A DNA stretch of 61,886 bases from Arcobacter sp. (GTDB lineage: Bacteria; Campylobacterota; Campylobacteria; Campylobacterales; Arcobacteraceae), in NCBI GenBank assembly GCA_037440805.1, contig JBBITK010000002.1, positions 1 through 61,886 of the forward strand. Direction: 5' to 3'. Shown here piece after piece: positions 49,471 through 61,487 of this stretch. Under the pieces are notes generated by a model. The model saw only the letters and a list, made by a program, of their open reading frames with translations, searched no databases and was not told the DNA's origin. Position 1 is the stretch's first letter; every line of letters starts with the position of its first letter. The position numbers and the translations under genes are program-made.

Positions 49471-51240
49471 CTAAATTAACTGATTTTTTACAAACTCCAA
49501 ATAATGTCCCTCTTGTTCTTCTAACTCCTTGTGATTTCCTTTTTGTACAAGTTTTCCATCATTTAAAACATAAATCATATTTGCATTTTTTACGGTACTT
49601 AATCGATGAGCTATTGTAATAACAGTTTTTGGTTCTAAAAACTCTTTTAAATCACTAAATAGTTTTGTTTCAGTGTGAACATCTAAAGCAGAAGTTGATT
49701 CATCAAAAATTATAACTGCTGGATTTGCTATAATCATTCTTGCTATGGATAATCTTTGCCTTTGACCACCACTTAGTCTAACTCCTTGTTTTCCAACTAT
49801 TGTATCAAGACCATTTGGCATATCTTTTACCATTTCTATAAGTTGAGCCATTTTTAGGGCTTCAAAAATATCTTCATCTTTTATATTCTCATTTCCCATA
49901 GTGATATTGAATCGTAAAGTATTATTGAAAAGTATAGGCATTTGTAAAACTAAAAAGATATTTTCCCTCAAACTATGTTTATCCAAATCATCAATACTTA
50001 TGTTGTTGTACAAAATATCTCCTTGTTTTTTCGCATAAAATCCAGAGATTATTTGAGCTATTGTTGTTTTTCCACTTCCACTTGCTCCAATAATTGCAAC
50101 TTTTTCTCCTGCTTTTATTTCAAATGAAATATCCTTTAAAATCTCTTTATCTTCATTGTATGAGAAAAAGAGATTTTGTATGGAAATCTCTATATTTTGG
50201 GAGATTTCAAGTTTTTGATTTCCGCTTTTTTCAACTTCCAATTCTAATATTTGATTTATTCTTTTTATGGCATTTTTTGCATTTGCATAGGAGTATTGAA
50301 TAGTTAAAATATCTTGTACAGGTGTCATAATAAACCAAATATAACCAAACATAGCAAACATTAATCCCAAAGATAAATCACTATAAACCACCAAAAGCAG
50401 ACCAACAGCTCTGAAAATTTCAAAAGCTACCAAAAATATAGTAAATGAAAATCTCTCATAAGCTACACTTTTATAGTTAAATTCATTTGATGTTTTTTGT
50501 ATATTTTGTGCTTTGTTTATGGATTCTTGGAAAAACTGTTTCTCTTTATTACTGGCTTTTATTTGCCCAAATAAATCCAAAGTTTCATTGATATTATCTT
50601 GAAATTCACTTATTGCTTTGTTTTCTTCTTTTTTTAATAATCCAGTTTTATTTGATATTTTCTTTGATAAAACCATAATAATTGGTTGAATAAACAAAAT
50701 CATCAAACCCAAAGTTAAATCTATTTTTATAATAACAATAGCAACAGCAATCAAAGTCAAAATAGAAGCGACAAATTTACTAGCAATGGATACTATAAAA
50801 TTATCCAAAGTATTAACATCTGTTACCAAATTTGCACCAATAGAACCTGAACCCAAACTCTCATATTCATTCATATTTACAAATTTTAGATGATTTAGTA
50901 GTTTTTCTCTTATTTTGAAAGTTACATATTTTGAGATTTTTGTAAATATTTTGGTAATAATTACCCCAAAAGCAAAATAGATAATTCTCAAAAATAAAAC
51001 TATAAAAGTAACTATAGCTATGTAATAAAAAGGTGTTGTTGAACCCAATAAGGCATTTATGTTATTTACGAAAAAATCAGGTTTATTTAGTATTACTTCA
51101 TCAACCAAAAGTGGCAAAAGTAAAGGTATTGGAACACTTACAAGTATTGCAACGATAGTAATGATTTGTCCAAAAATAAGAGATTTTTTATTTTCAAGAA
51201 GTAGTTTAAATATATATTTTAGTGAGATTTTTTCGTTCAT
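49471..51240 (-). CDS. ABC transporter fused permease/ATP-binding protein (exporter type)
   Basis: N-terminal TM domain, GASGSGKT, LSGGQRQR, DESTSALD and AHRLST. Confidence 0.95.
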   Translation of the reverse strand: MNEKISLKYIFKLLLENKKSLIFGQIITIVAILVSVPIPLLLPLLVDEVILNKPDFFVNNINALLGSTTPFYYIAIVTFIVLFLRIIYFAFGVIITKIFTKISKYVTFKIREKLLNHLKFVNMNEYESLGSGSIGANLVTDVNTLDNFIVSIASKFVASILTLIAVAIVIIKIDLTLGLMILFIQPIIMVLSKKISNKTGLLKKEENKAISEFQDNINETLDLFGQIKASNKEKQFFQESINKAQNIQKTSNEFNYKSVAYERFSFTIFLVAFEIFRAVGLLLVVYSDLSLGLMFAMFGYIWFIMTPVQDILTIQYSYANAKNAIKRINQILELEVEKSGNQKLEISQNIEISIQNLFFSYNEDKEILKDISFEIKAGEKVAIIGASGSGKTTIAQIISGFYAKKQGDILYNNISIDDLDKHSLRENIFLVLQMPILFNNTLRFNITMGNENIKDEDIFEALKMAQLIEMVKDMPNGLDTIVGKQGVRLSGGQRQRLSIARMIIANPAVIIFDESTSALDVHTETKLFSDLKEFLEPKTVITIAHRLSTVKNANMIYVLNDGKLVQKGNHKELEEQEGHYLEFVKNQLI

Positions 51241-51250
51241 ATTTTATCTT

Positions 51251-51742
51251 TTAGTACAATTTTCCAAACTTATCAATATGTGTTAAATAGACTCTTAAAT
51301 CAAACTCAACTTGATGATAGTTTGGCATCATATAACAGCACATATCATAAAAAGCTTTGTTGTGTTCTTTCTCTTTGAAGTGGGAGAGTTCGTGAATCAC
51401 AATCATTTTTAAAAACTCTTCTGGCATATTTTTAAAAACTGAAGCTACTCTAATCTCATTTTTTGCCTTTAGTTTTCCACCTTGAACCCTTGAAACAAAA
51501 GTGTGCATTCCTAAAGCATTGTTGATTACATTTATTTTTGGGTCGTATTCAACCTTTGAAATTTGATATTTTTTTAGATATTCATTTTTGAAATCCATAA
51601 CATAAGAGTACAAAGCTTTATCACTTTTGTATTCGTGAGATGTTGGATATTTTGATTTTATATAGTCTGATAGTTTGTTTGTATCTATTAGTTTTTGGAC
51701 TTGTTCTTGTAGATGTTTTGGGTAATGGTTTATGTATTTCAT
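51251..51742 (-). CDS. ygjP: YgjP-like protein (M48/DUF45 family)
   Basis: NALG.HT.VSRVQGGKLKAKNEIR and HELSH..EKEHNKAFY. Confidence 0.88.
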   Translation of the reverse strand: MKYINHYPKHLQEQVQKLIDTNKLSDYIKSKYPTSHEYKSDKALYSYVMDFKNEYLKKYQISKVEYDPKINVINNALGMHTFVSRVQGGKLKAKNEIRVASVFKNMPEEFLKMIVIHELSHFKEKEHNKAFYDMCCYMMPNYHQVEFDLRVYLTHIDKFGKLY

Positions 51743-51765
51743 AAAAGTTTTAATATAAAAGAGGT

Positions 51766-53790
51766 TTAAATTTCCTCTTTTATCTTTTGTAAATCAGCTA
51801 CTTTATTTATATACTCTAATTTTTTTGTCTCAACGAAGTTTATACTCTCTTCATTTATCTCCAAATATTGCCCTTTTGAATATTTGATAATTTTGAATAG
51901 ATAGTTTCTTTTTGAAGTTAAGAAATCTTCTATTTTTTCAAATCCAAAGTTTGCTTTTAGTTTTGTAAAAATCTCATCTTCCCTTGGATGTTGAATAGCA
52001 AATCTTGAAGGCTCTTTTTTGAATAACTCTTCTGATTCGTGGATTTGTTGCTCAAAATGTGCAATGGTAGCTTGTGTAATTTGCATATATGAATATGATA
52101 ATGCACCGTTAAAATAAGCAAATTTTTTTCTAAGAGCTGAAATATTTTCCAAAATAGCTGTATGGTAAGTTTTTAAAACATTTTCATAAATTTTTGCTGC
52201 GAAGTGTCTTGTATTTGAAAATTCCAAATCAGAAGCAATTTCCCTATTTTTTCTGATTAGTTCATAAGGTTCTTGCCATTTTGCAACTTCACTATTTATA
52301 AAGCTATAAACATCTCTAAACGCTTCATCTGTTGCTAATTCATTGTTTTTTAGAAGTTTAATTGACCTTTTAAACATTTTATCAATTAATTGGTCATCAT
52401 AAAATAGAGTTTTATAAACACTATCAGAATCAATCCAATATGTTTCATACTCTATTTTTTCTATTTTACCACCCAAAAATCCTTTAGACTCTTCAAATCT
52501 ATAAGCTGGTCTTTTTTTGATATTTTTGTATGTTTCGTGGGCTATTTTTTCCATAATTGATTCCAAAGAGTTATAAATATCAAATAGCTCTTTGGAGTAT
52601 TTTTTGTAGATATTGTCAAACATCTCTAAAACTTTTGGTTCACAACCTTTTAATACCTCTTTTAGTGAGTCATAAACTTTTGTGATTGTTGCATACTCTT
52701 GAGTTAAAATATCACAGATACCTTTTAAATCTTTTTTAATCGCAAACTCTTTTGCCTCTGCTGCTTGTGGTCTCATAACATTTTCTATAAAATCAAGAAC
52801 TTTTTGGATATTTGATTCATCTAAAAGTTTTGTATTATCTGTTGCATCAGAATTTTTGATATTGTTGATTTTTTCCCTATATTTTTTGATATTTTCATCA
52901 AAAAAATCTAAATCATCAATATTTTTTTCAAGTAAATCTTTTTTGAACTCTGTTATAAGATGCTGATACTCATCTTGGATTAATACATCTTTATGTTGAG
53001 CTCTTGATTCCAAAGCCATTTTTGCAGAAATAGGAGTTACTTGAGCAAAATATTTAGCAAACTTTTCACTTACATATTTTGTTGTTGTCTCTATTTGTTC
53101 AGGAGTTAATTTATCTTTTTGATTCAAAACACATAAAGATTTATTTTTGAAGTGTTGCATATACTCTTCCAAAACTTCCGCTTCAGATAGTTTTCCTGCA
53201 TTATCAATTAGTGTTAGCCAAATAATTCCACCAACATCTTTTAAAACTTTTTTAGTAACATCTGTATCGCTTTGAGATTGTGAGTTAAGACCTGGAGTAT
53301 CTACAAATGAAATCTCTTTTAGCATATTCATAGGTGCGTATAAAGTTAAGTATTTAACATTTTTCATATCATCTTTTCGCTGATCCGTAAAATCTGCAAT
53401 GGCTTCTATTGGAGCATACTCTTGTGCACCAGAGTAGTATGTGATTTTTAGTTTGTACTCTTCACCGTAGTTGATAAAATTAACTTTTGAAGTAACAGGA
53501 GTAATTCCTGTTGGAAGAACATTTTTTGATAACAAAGCATTTAAAAATGTAGATTTACCTGCAGAAAATTGCCCAGTAATCGCAACTTCCATAGGATACC
53601 TAGCTCTTCTTAACTGCTTATTCAAAATATTTTCTAGCTGATTAGAAGGAAGGAATTTTTCATCCATCAGTTTATCTTTTATCTTTTTTATTTCTCCAAT
53701 TAAACCCGTTTCATAAACAACTTCTTCTTGTGTATATGTCTCTTTGAACTCTTGAACAAAGCTTTTTAGTATAGTTAAATTTGCACTCAT
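51766..53790 (-). CDS. Bacterial dynamin-like protein (second subunit)
   Basis: GQFSAGKST, P.T, DTPG and NQKD GTPase motifs plus a helical tail. Confidence 0.92.
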   Translation of the reverse strand: MSANLTILKSFVQEFKETYTQEEVVYETGLIGEIKKIKDKLMDEKFLPSNQLENILNKQLRRARYPMEVAITGQFSAGKSTFLNALLSKNVLPTGITPVTSKVNFINYGEEYKLKITYYSGAQEYAPIEAIADFTDQRKDDMKNVKYLTLYAPMNMLKEISFVDTPGLNSQSQSDTDVTKKVLKDVGGIIWLTLIDNAGKLSEAEVLEEYMQHFKNKSLCVLNQKDKLTPEQIETTTKYVSEKFAKYFAQVTPISAKMALESRAQHKDVLIQDEYQHLITEFKKDLLEKNIDDLDFFDENIKKYREKINNIKNSDATDNTKLLDESNIQKVLDFIENVMRPQAAEAKEFAIKKDLKGICDILTQEYATITKVYDSLKEVLKGCEPKVLEMFDNIYKKYSKELFDIYNSLESIMEKIAHETYKNIKKRPAYRFEESKGFLGGKIEKIEYETYWIDSDSVYKTLFYDDQLIDKMFKRSIKLLKNNELATDEAFRDVYSFINSEVAKWQEPYELIRKNREIASDLEFSNTRHFAAKIYENVLKTYHTAILENISALRKKFAYFNGALSYSYMQITQATIAHFEQQIHESEELFKKEPSRFAIQHPREDEIFTKLKANFGFEKIEDFLTSKRNYLFKIIKYSKGQYLEINEESINFVETKKLEYINKVADLQKIKEEI

Positions 53791-56144
53791 TAATGTAATC
53801 CTTTAACTGTAGATGAAATCGTCTGAAGTTTTTTGATATTTTTGTGAATATTAATAGATAATTCTGATCTATTTTTATCATTTTCTTCAAATGAATTAAT
53901 CTGATTTTGAAGAGTCTCTTCATCATTTTTTAGTTTTTGTTCAAATGTTTTTAGAGGTGCATTTAAAGTTTCAAAAAATGATTCAATCAATAGGGTACTT
54001 ACTTTTTTGGCTTTAGATTTTATATCCTCTTCTATTGATGAAAATTGATTTTTAATTAATCCTTCTATTTCTCTATCTAACTCATTTAATTTACTATCTT
54101 TTGATTTTGAAACAGCACTTGTGATTTGAGATACTAAAACTTCATTGTTTGTTGTCAAGAATCCAGATTTAAAATCATCTTGGAAAAATCCTCTTGCATC
54201 AAAATTATCATTTTTATGACCTATTGTAAATCCCAAATCTTGGTATTTTTGTTCACATTGTTCACCTATAGTTTGAGATTTTTTGATAAATTTATATCTA
54301 TAATCTCTAATAACATCAATAATTCCATCTTTAATAGCTGTTTCAACAATGGCTTTTATTCTACTATTTTCAGGTCTTTTTTTGATTTTTTCAAAGGAAT
54401 ATCTAACATCTCCCACAACCCTTTGTTTTATAACAGTTTGTAAATCTACTAATTCACTCTTTAAAAAAGTCTCCAAAGAGTTGATATACTCTTTTGCATC
54501 ATTTTTATAATAATTTATATCTTCTCTCATTGCTGTAAATATTCTAGTGTTTACATTTTTTCTTTTATTAAAATCTGCTAACTCTTTTTCAAGTTCATCT
54601 TTAGATTTTGAAAGAAGTTTTAATTCATAGTTGTAAAAAGATAGTTGTTTTTCTATTGTTCTTGAGATTTGATTTTTTGCTGATTGAACAACAATCTCCC
54701 CTTTTTGTGAGTTTGAACCAAATAGTGTTTCTGTTAGATATTTTTCAATCTCCAAAATACCCGTATCTTCTATCTTATAACCAGCATCTAATGCCTCTTG
54801 TTCTCTTCCAGTTCTGTGTAAAAGAGCCATTTTCCCAGAAATAGGAACAAATTTGATAGTTTTTAAAATATAATCTAATTGAGAACCTTTATTTTGTTCT
54901 CTAAGTTGTTTCTCTATTGAAGATTTTGTATAGTCTATAACCTCTTGAAGTTGCTGTTTGCTAACAGTATCAGCTCTTGTTATAACAATTAAAAGCTTTG
55001 AAATATTTTGATAAAGTAGGGCATCAATTATAAACTCAACATCTTTTAAAGTAGCACTTTGAGATACATTCATAAGGTGTAACATCATATCACATTGACT
55101 TAAATACTCTTTTGTAATCTCTTCCCTTTGGATAACTGGGTCATCAAGTCCTGGAGTATCAACTATTTCTATTCCATCAGATAAAAATTTTAAATCAGAA
55201 CCCAATTCCACATATTTTACTAAATTACATTTTTTCCCACTAGCTTCTGCTGAAGTGTAAGAAGATAATGAAGCAATATCAACTTCATCAAATCTTGAAT
55301 TTGGTCGGATATAATTTTTTAGTTCATCACCAAAAATTCTGTTTGTCTCTTGTACAAACTCTTTCATAGATTCAAGTTGTTCTGCTGATTTTAGGATTCT
55401 ATCCCACTCTTGTGTATTCCAATAAAATACCTTTGCATTTTCTGTTACATTGTGTTTTACAATAGTTAAATTGGCTGTTTCAGGTACAACAGCACTTCCT
55501 AAAATTTCTCTACCCATCAAAGCATTTAGCATTGTAGATTTACCAGCATTCATAACACCTGTAATTCCAATAGAGAATTTTTGATTATTTAAGTAGTTAT
55601 TTGTGCTTGATAACTCTTCTTGAATTTCACTATTATCAACAAAACCTTTTATCTCTTGAATAATATTTTCAATATTTGATTTTAACTCTTTGAATGAAGA
55701 TTTAACTTTATTTATAGACTCTTCTTCATTTTCAAAAAGTGTAATTTGTTCTATTTTCTCAAGTTCTTTGTGGTCAAATAAAGAGATTAATTTGTCATAA
55801 CTCTCTTGGTTTATTATTTGTTCATTTTTCAGATAATCAAATGAAAAGTGTAAAATATCAATGTAATTATTTGTAATATTTTTCATTACAGATTCAACAA
55901 TGTTATATTGCAGATGATTTAACTCATTTATGTTAGAAGGACTTTTAACATTTATTTGTTGGCATAATGTTTTAAATGATGTTAAAGGAAGGAATTTATC
56001 GTAATTTTTTCTGTTTGCACTGATAATTAAAGCATAAATAGAAAAAGTATCTTCACCTATTTTTGCATCCATTGGTTCAACATCTAAAGTTGGTTCGAAG
56101 TTTGTTCCATGATATAATAAAAAGTAGTCGTTAATAAGGCTCAT
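53790..56144 (-). CDS. Bacterial dynamin-like protein (first subunit)
   Basis: GVMNAGKST, PET, DTPGLDD and TRAD. Start at MSLINDY. Confidence 0.92.
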   Translation of the reverse strand: MSLINDYFLLYHGTNFEPTLDVEPMDAKIGEDTFSIYALIISANRKNYDKFLPLTSFKTLCQQINVKSPSNINELNHLQYNIVESVMKNITNNYIDILHFSFDYLKNEQIINQESYDKLISLFDHKELEKIEQITLFENEEESINKVKSSFKELKSNIENIIQEIKGFVDNSEIQEELSSTNNYLNNQKFSIGITGVMNAGKSTMLNALMGREILGSAVVPETANLTIVKHNVTENAKVFYWNTQEWDRILKSAEQLESMKEFVQETNRIFGDELKNYIRPNSRFDEVDIASLSSYTSAEASGKKCNLVKYVELGSDLKFLSDGIEIVDTPGLDDPVIQREEITKEYLSQCDMMLHLMNVSQSATLKDVEFIIDALLYQNISKLLIVITRADTVSKQQLQEVIDYTKSSIEKQLREQNKGSQLDYILKTIKFVPISGKMALLHRTGREQEALDAGYKIEDTGILEIEKYLTETLFGSNSQKGEIVVQSAKNQISRTIEKQLSFYNYELKLLSKSKDELEKELADFNKRKNVNTRIFTAMREDINYYKNDAKEYINSLETFLKSELVDLQTVIKQRVVGDVRYSFEKIKKRPENSRIKAIVETAIKDGIIDVIRDYRYKFIKKSQTIGEQCEQKYQDLGFTIGHKNDNFDARGFFQDDFKSGFLTTNNEVLVSQITSAVSKSKDSKLNELDREIEGLIKNQFSSIEEDIKSKAKKVSTLLIESFFETLNAPLKTFEQKLKNDEETLQNQINSFEENDKNRSELSINIHKNIKKLQTISSTVKGLH

Positions 56145-56160
56145 ATTGTATACCCCTAAA

Positions 56161-56237
56161 TATAAAAAGTTAAACACCACAAAATCTGATGTTTAACTTT
56201 TTATATTTTTTATAAATAAGGGAAAATCCCTTATTTA
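56161..56237 (-). terminator. Two hairpins after frdB
   Basis: TAAATAAGGG-AAAAT-CCCTTATTTA (56213-56237) and TATAAAAAGTTAAACA...TGTTTAACTTTTTATA (56161-56205). Confidence 0.7.
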
Positions 56238-56969
56238 CTATCTTAATGCTACTAATTTTCTTCTTAAGTAAGCAATTTTATTTTGTAATGGTAAGTGTTT
56301 TGGACAGTGGTCTTCACAAGCCATTAATGACATACAACCAAAAATTCCATCATCTTCACCGATTAATTCATAGAAATCTTCAGCAGTTCTTTTGTCATGT
56401 GGATCTATTTCAAATCTTGCAACTCTGTTTAATCCAACTGGTCCAACGAAGTTTGGTCTCATTAATAATGTACCACAAGAAGCAACACAGATTCCACACT
56501 CAATACATCTATCTAACTCAAATGTATCATTTGCTAAATCTGGATCTACTCTTTCTTCCATTTTTGTAATGTCAGTTACTTCATTAGTTACAACCCATGA
56601 TTGAACTCTTTTTGACATTGCATCCATCCATTTACCAGTATTAACTGATAAATCTTTGATTAATTCAAATGCTGGCATAGGCATTAATTGTAATTTTCCT
56701 GTTGGATAGTTAGCAATTAGTGTTCTACAAGCAAGTGAAGGTTTACCATTTACTACCATACCACAAGAACCACAAATCCCAGCTCTACATACGAAGTCAA
56801 ATGATAAATCAGCATCTAACTCTTCTCTAATTTTCATTAAAGCAATGAAAAGAGTCATACCTGGAGTCTCTTCTAATTTATATTCAACAAAGTGAGGTTT
56901 AGAAACCTTACTTCTTGGATTAAATTTAAGAACTGATATAGTTATTTCTCTACCTTTTTGAGTACTCAT
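56238..56969 (-). CDS. frdB: Fumarate reductase iron-sulfur subunit
   Basis: [16 protein letters not shown]...C and [12 protein letters not shown]. Confidence 0.97.
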   Translation of the reverse strand: MSTQKGREITISVLKFNPRSKVSKPHFVEYKLEETPGMTLFIALMKIREELDADLSFDFVCRAGICGSCGMVVNGKPSLACRTLIANYPTGKLQLMPMPAFELIKDLSVNTGKWMDAMSKRVQSWVVTNEVTDITKMEERVDPDLANDTFELDRCIECGICVASCGTLLMRPNFVGPVGLNRVARFEIDPHDKRTAEDFYELIGEDDGIFGCMSLMACEDHCPKHLPLQNKIAYLRRKLVALR

Positions 56970-58954
56970 TATAAATCTCCTGCTCTTTCATTTTTCTCTC
57001 TATAGTTCATTGGTAAACTAAATGGCATTAATGCATCTTGAATTTCATGTCTATCTTTACCTTCAGCTTGCATTTTTTCAGTTAATTCATCAACTTGTGC
57101 TTGTCTAACTTCTGAATCTGGATGTTCAATAATCATACCCTTAGCACCATATCCTCTAAATGCTGGTGGTAATTCCATAGTCATAATATCTAATGGTTCA
57201 TATGAAATAGTTGGTAATGTATCATTTTCATTTGGCCAAGAAGTTAATGTTCTATTTAACCAGTTTGCATCATCTCTTTTTAGATAATCTTCTCTATAGT
57301 GAGCACCTCTTGATTCTGTTCTTTCTAATGCTCCTCTTGCAACACAAAGTGCAACTTTTAACATTTTTGGAACTCTATATGCTTCTTCTAATTCTGGATT
57401 TCCAGCTCTCTCTTTAGATTTAACTGTGATTTGTTTTGTTTTTTTCAATAAATCTTCTAACTCATCAACCGCAGCTTTTAAGTTTTCACCATCTCTAAAG
57501 ATACCAACTTTCTGATCCATTAGGTTTTGCATTCTATTTTTAATTTTGAAAATATTTTCGCTTCCATTGTAAGCTAAAATTTCATCAAGATATTTATCTT
57601 GTTTGTCTAAGAACTTTTGAACTGTTGCAGTTGGAATAGTTACATCATTTGCTAAACAGTAATCAGCAAAATAGTTACCAATAATCATACCTGCAACAAC
57701 TGTTTCAGAAACAGAGTTTCCTCCAAGTCTATTAAATCCATGCATATCCCAACAAGCAGCTTCCCCACAAGCAAATAATCCGTTTAAGTTTTGTGATTCA
57801 CCTGTTGGTTTTGTTCTAATTCCACCCATTGAGTAGTGTTGCATTGGAAGAACTGGAGCCCATCCTTTTCTACCTTCATCAGCTGGATCAATACCGTTGA
57901 AAATTTGACAAATTTCTTGAACGTCTCTTAAGTTTTTCTCAATATGCTCTCTACCTAAAATAGAAATATCTAACCATACGTGGAAACCGTAAGGAGAAGG
58001 AACACCTTTACCATTTCTAATATGTTCAATCATTCTTCTTGAAACAACGTCTCTTGAAGCTAGTTCTTTTTTCTCAGGTTCATAATCTGGCATAAATCTG
58101 TGACCATCAACATCTCTTAAAATACCACCATCGCCTCTACAACCTTCAGTTAAAAGAATTCCTGATGGAACGATTGGTGTTGGGTGAAATTGAACAGCTT
58201 CCATATTTCCTAATGTTGCAATTCCCGTTTCAAGTGCTATAGCCGCTCCTGTACCTTCACAAATTACAGCATTAGTTGTTTGTTTAAATACTCTTCCATA
58301 TCCACCAGTAGCAATACATGTACCTTTTGCCACATAAGCTTCTAATTCACCTGTAATTAAATCTCTAACAACTGCACCATAACATCTTCCACCTTCGTGA
58401 ATAATTGATAATGCTTCTTTTCTATCTCTGATATCAACATTGTGTTTTAAAGCTTCATTTGCAACACCAAATAACATAGTGTGTCCAGTTGCATCTGCTG
58501 TATAACAAGTTCTCCATTTTTTAGTTCCACCAAAGTCTCTTGATGTAATTAATCCGTGTCTATCTTGCTCTTCAGTAATAGTTGTTTTTTTAGCATTGAT
58601 AACAGCTTCTCTTGTACCAGCTTTAACTCTTGACCAAGGAACCCCCCAAGATGCTAACTCTCTAATTGCTTTTGGAGCAGTGTGTACGAACATTCTTGCA
58701 ACAACTTGATCACATCCCCAGTCTGAACCTTTTACAGTATCAGCAAAGTGCAAATCTTCGTTATCACCATCAGACATTTTAGAGTTACCCAAAGATGCTT
58801 GCATACCACCTTGAGCAGCAGCAGAGTGAGATCTCTTAACAGGAACTAAAGATAAAACTATTGTATTTAAACCTTTTTTTTGTGCAGCAACAGCAGCTCT
58901 TAAACCTGCTAATCCACCACCAATAACTAATGCATCACAGTAATTAATTTTCAT
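56969..58954 (-). CDS. frdA: Fumarate reductase flavoprotein subunit
   Basis: [37 protein letters not shown] and RTESRGAH. Confidence 0.97.
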   Translation of the reverse strand: MKINYCDALVIGGGLAGLRAAVAAQKKGLNTIVLSLVPVKRSHSAAAQGGMQASLGNSKMSDGDNEDLHFADTVKGSDWGCDQVVARMFVHTAPKAIRELASWGVPWSRVKAGTREAVINAKKTTITEEQDRHGLITSRDFGGTKKWRTCYTADATGHTMLFGVANEALKHNVDIRDRKEALSIIHEGGRCYGAVVRDLITGELEAYVAKGTCIATGGYGRVFKQTTNAVICEGTGAAIALETGIATLGNMEAVQFHPTPIVPSGILLTEGCRGDGGILRDVDGHRFMPDYEPEKKELASRDVVSRRMIEHIRNGKGVPSPYGFHVWLDISILGREHIEKNLRDVQEICQIFNGIDPADEGRKGWAPVLPMQHYSMGGIRTKPTGESQNLNGLFACGEAACWDMHGFNRLGGNSVSETVVAGMIIGNYFADYCLANDVTIPTATVQKFLDKQDKYLDEILAYNGSENIFKIKNRMQNLMDQKVGIFRDGENLKAAVDELEDLLKKTKQITVKSKERAGNPELEEAYRVPKMLKVALCVARGALERTESRGAHYREDYLKRDDANWLNRTLTSWPNENDTLPTISYEPLDIMTMELPPAFRGYGAKGMIIEHPDSEVRQAQVDELTEKMQAEGKDRHEIQDALMPFSLPMNYREKNERAGDL

Positions 58955-59754
58955 TATGCAATTCCCCCAACACTTTTATTTGTAATTTTATATTCTATTA
59001 CACTTGCAGTAGGAGCGTATTTTTGTCCAACTGTTCCATTTTTAGCATTTTCCATACCTATTTTCATATAAGCTGCCAATGAAGCAAAACCTAAAACTAA
59101 GAAAAATACAGTTAAAGCCCATTTAACTTTTTTTAATGATTTTCTAGTTGCTTTTGGATTTTCACCATCAAACCAACCCCATTTAACACATAGTCTATAT
59201 AAACCAATTGTTCCGTGGAATTCAACAGCTAATAATAAAAGAATATATAAAGGCCACATATATTCAGACCAAACTCTATCTGAACTTTCATAAGGTCCAA
59301 TATCCGCAGAGTTTGTCATTATAATATATAAGTGAACAGAACCTAAGAAGAACATTGCAAAACCTGTAAATGCTTGAGTAAACCATAATTTAGTATCATC
59401 ATGTCCCATATTTCTTGCATGAGCTCTCATTACTTGAAATTGTTTAAAATTCCCAGGTAATTTTCTCATACCTAATGCAGCATGAACAATAAATACTGTA
59501 AATATAACAGCAGCAGCAATCGTAACTAAAAGAGGATTTCCACCTTCAAATATAAAGCTACCCTCTAAAAGTTTTGTAACTTTGTACATAAATTCATTTG
59601 ATACTAATATCGAAGATACTAATAACATATGTGCCCACATAAATAAGGCTAAGAAACCACCTGTAAAACTTTGGATATAGTCAAGTTTAGCAGGTAATCT
59701 ACTCTTTTTCCCCTCAACTGTTTTCCCTAAATAACCTTCTATTAGGTCACTCAT
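58954..59754 (-). CDS. frdC: Fumarate reductase diheme cytochrome b subunit
   Basis: Five TM helices with heme histidines (VHA, VHL, FHG), Wolinella-type QFR. Confidence 0.95.
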   Translation of the reverse strand: MSDLIEGYLGKTVEGKKSRLPAKLDYIQSFTGGFLALFMWAHMLLVSSILVSNEFMYKVTKLLEGSFIFEGGNPLLVTIAAAVIFTVFIVHAALGMRKLPGNFKQFQVMRAHARNMGHDDTKLWFTQAFTGFAMFFLGSVHLYIIMTNSADIGPYESSDRVWSEYMWPLYILLLLAVEFHGTIGLYRLCVKWGWFDGENPKATRKSLKKVKWALTVFFLVLGFASLAAYMKIGMENAKNGTVGQKYAPTASVIEYKITNKSVGGIA

Positions 59755-59966
59755 TGTACATCCTTTCTATGATTAAGATTTTTTTGAATAATAGCACAAT
59801 ATTAACTTAAATCTACTTCAAACATCTTTACCATCTATGTTTTTATTCATGGGCTAAAAAGTTACAAAATGATTACAAATCCCTTTTTTAAGGCTTTTGT
59901 AAACTATATGATATTTATATGAGAAATATACGATTAAGATAAGTACTGTTACAAATTAACACATGG

Positions 59967-61487
59967 TTAATTCGTAAACAGAGAATTAACAGCAATTTTT
60001 GTTAATTCTATAATAGCGTCAATATTTAATGATGGTATAAAGAATACTATAGCAGAACCAACACCACCTAATATTGTAAGTATTGCAATGAAGGTTATAG
60101 CATAAGTAGAAACTCTTCTATCGTTAAATTCTACTGTTATTGAATGGTTTATTGGTTCGTAAAAATACATCATAGCAATAAGTTTAAAATAGTAATAAAC
60201 AGATACTATTGTTGCAATTATTGCCAGTATTGCTAAGTTTGTATATCCTGCATTTATAGCCTCAGTAAAGACATAGAACTTACCAATAAAACCAATAGTT
60301 GATGGAATACCAGCTAATGAAAATAAAAATATAGTCATCATAGCAGCTAAAAATGGTCTCTCTTTTGCTAATCCTTTGAAATCTTCATAGGTTATTTTTA
60401 TTTTTGTATCAGATATTATGTGTGAAGCTAAACCAAAAGCTCCTAAAGCTGATAATAAATATGCAATCAAATAAAATAATATAGCATACGCTGAATCAAT
60501 ATTTAATATTTGATTATCTTTGTAGCTTAACGCAATAAATGCTAAGAGAATGTAACCTGTGTGAACTATTGAAGATGCCGCTAACATTCTTTTTATAATA
60601 TTTTGAGATATGGCTAACCATGTTCCAAATACCAAGGTTACTATAATTATTACAGAGATAATAGAATCCCAAAAATCTATAATTGGAGTTATACTTTCTA
60701 AAATCATTCTAAGAAAAAAAGAAAAAATAGCTATTTTAAAAGTTGATGCCATAAAAGCTGTAATAATCATAGGAGAACCTCTATAAACATCCAATACCCA
60801 TGATTGAAAGGGGAAAGCAGCTATTTTAAATAAGAATGTGAAGAAAATAAGAGTTAATCCAATATAAATTAAGATTAAATCATCTCCAGAATGATTATTT
60901 ATATATTCTCCTAAAAGAGTAATATTTGTAGTTCCAGTTTGTCCAAATATTAAAACAACTCCCAATAAATAAAATGCTCCAATAAATGAGCCTAAAACCA
61001 AATATTTAAAAATAGCTTCAACTCTTTTTCCATCTTCTGTATTATAACCAACCATAATATATACAGAAAAAGAAGCTATTTCAAGAGCTATATATGCTGT
61101 TATCAGTTCATTTGAATGGGATAATAAAATCATCCCAAATAGAGAGAAAAGAAGAATAGAAAAAAACTCACCTTTGAAATAATTTCTACTTTGAAAATAG
61201 TGTTCACCTATTAAAAGAGTTAAAAGTGTTCCTAAAATAAGTAATAAATTAAAGAAATTTGAAAAACTATCAAAAATTAGTACATTGTTTAAAAATTCAT
61301 TATATGGTTTTTCTGAATATGAAACTCCCATATCATATGAAACAAAACCAAGAGAAATAAATAAAAATAGAGAAGCAATGAAAATAAAATTCTTAACCTT
61401 ATATTTTTCATACATACTCATAAACATCAATGTCATAGCACCTATTAATATGGATAAAATTGGAATTAAATAGAGAAAATTTTTCAT
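59967..61487 (-). CDS. nuoN: NADH-quinone oxidoreductase subunit N
   Basis: [30 protein letters not shown] and SLAGIP...GFIGK. Confidence 0.93.
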   Translation of the reverse strand: MKNFLYLIPILSILIGAMTLMFMSMYEKYKVKNFIFIASLFLFISLGFVSYDMGVSYSEKPYNEFLNNVLIFDSFSNFFNLLLILGTLLTLLIGEHYFQSRNYFKGEFFSILLFSLFGMILLSHSNELITAYIALEIASFSVYIMVGYNTEDGKRVEAIFKYLVLGSFIGAFYLLGVVLIFGQTGTTNITLLGEYINNHSGDDLILIYIGLTLIFFTFLFKIAAFPFQSWVLDVYRGSPMIITAFMASTFKIAIFSFFLRMILESITPIIDFWDSIISVIIIVTLVFGTWLAISQNIIKRMLAASSIVHTGYILLAFIALSYKDNQILNIDSAYAILFYLIAYLLSALGAFGLASHIISDTKIKITYEDFKGLAKERPFLAAMMTIFLFSLAGIPSTIGFIGKFYVFTEAINAGYTNLAILAIIATIVSVYYYFKLIAMMYFYEPINHSITVEFNDRRVSTYAITFIAILTILGGVGSAIVFFIPSLNIDAIIELTKIAVNSLFTN

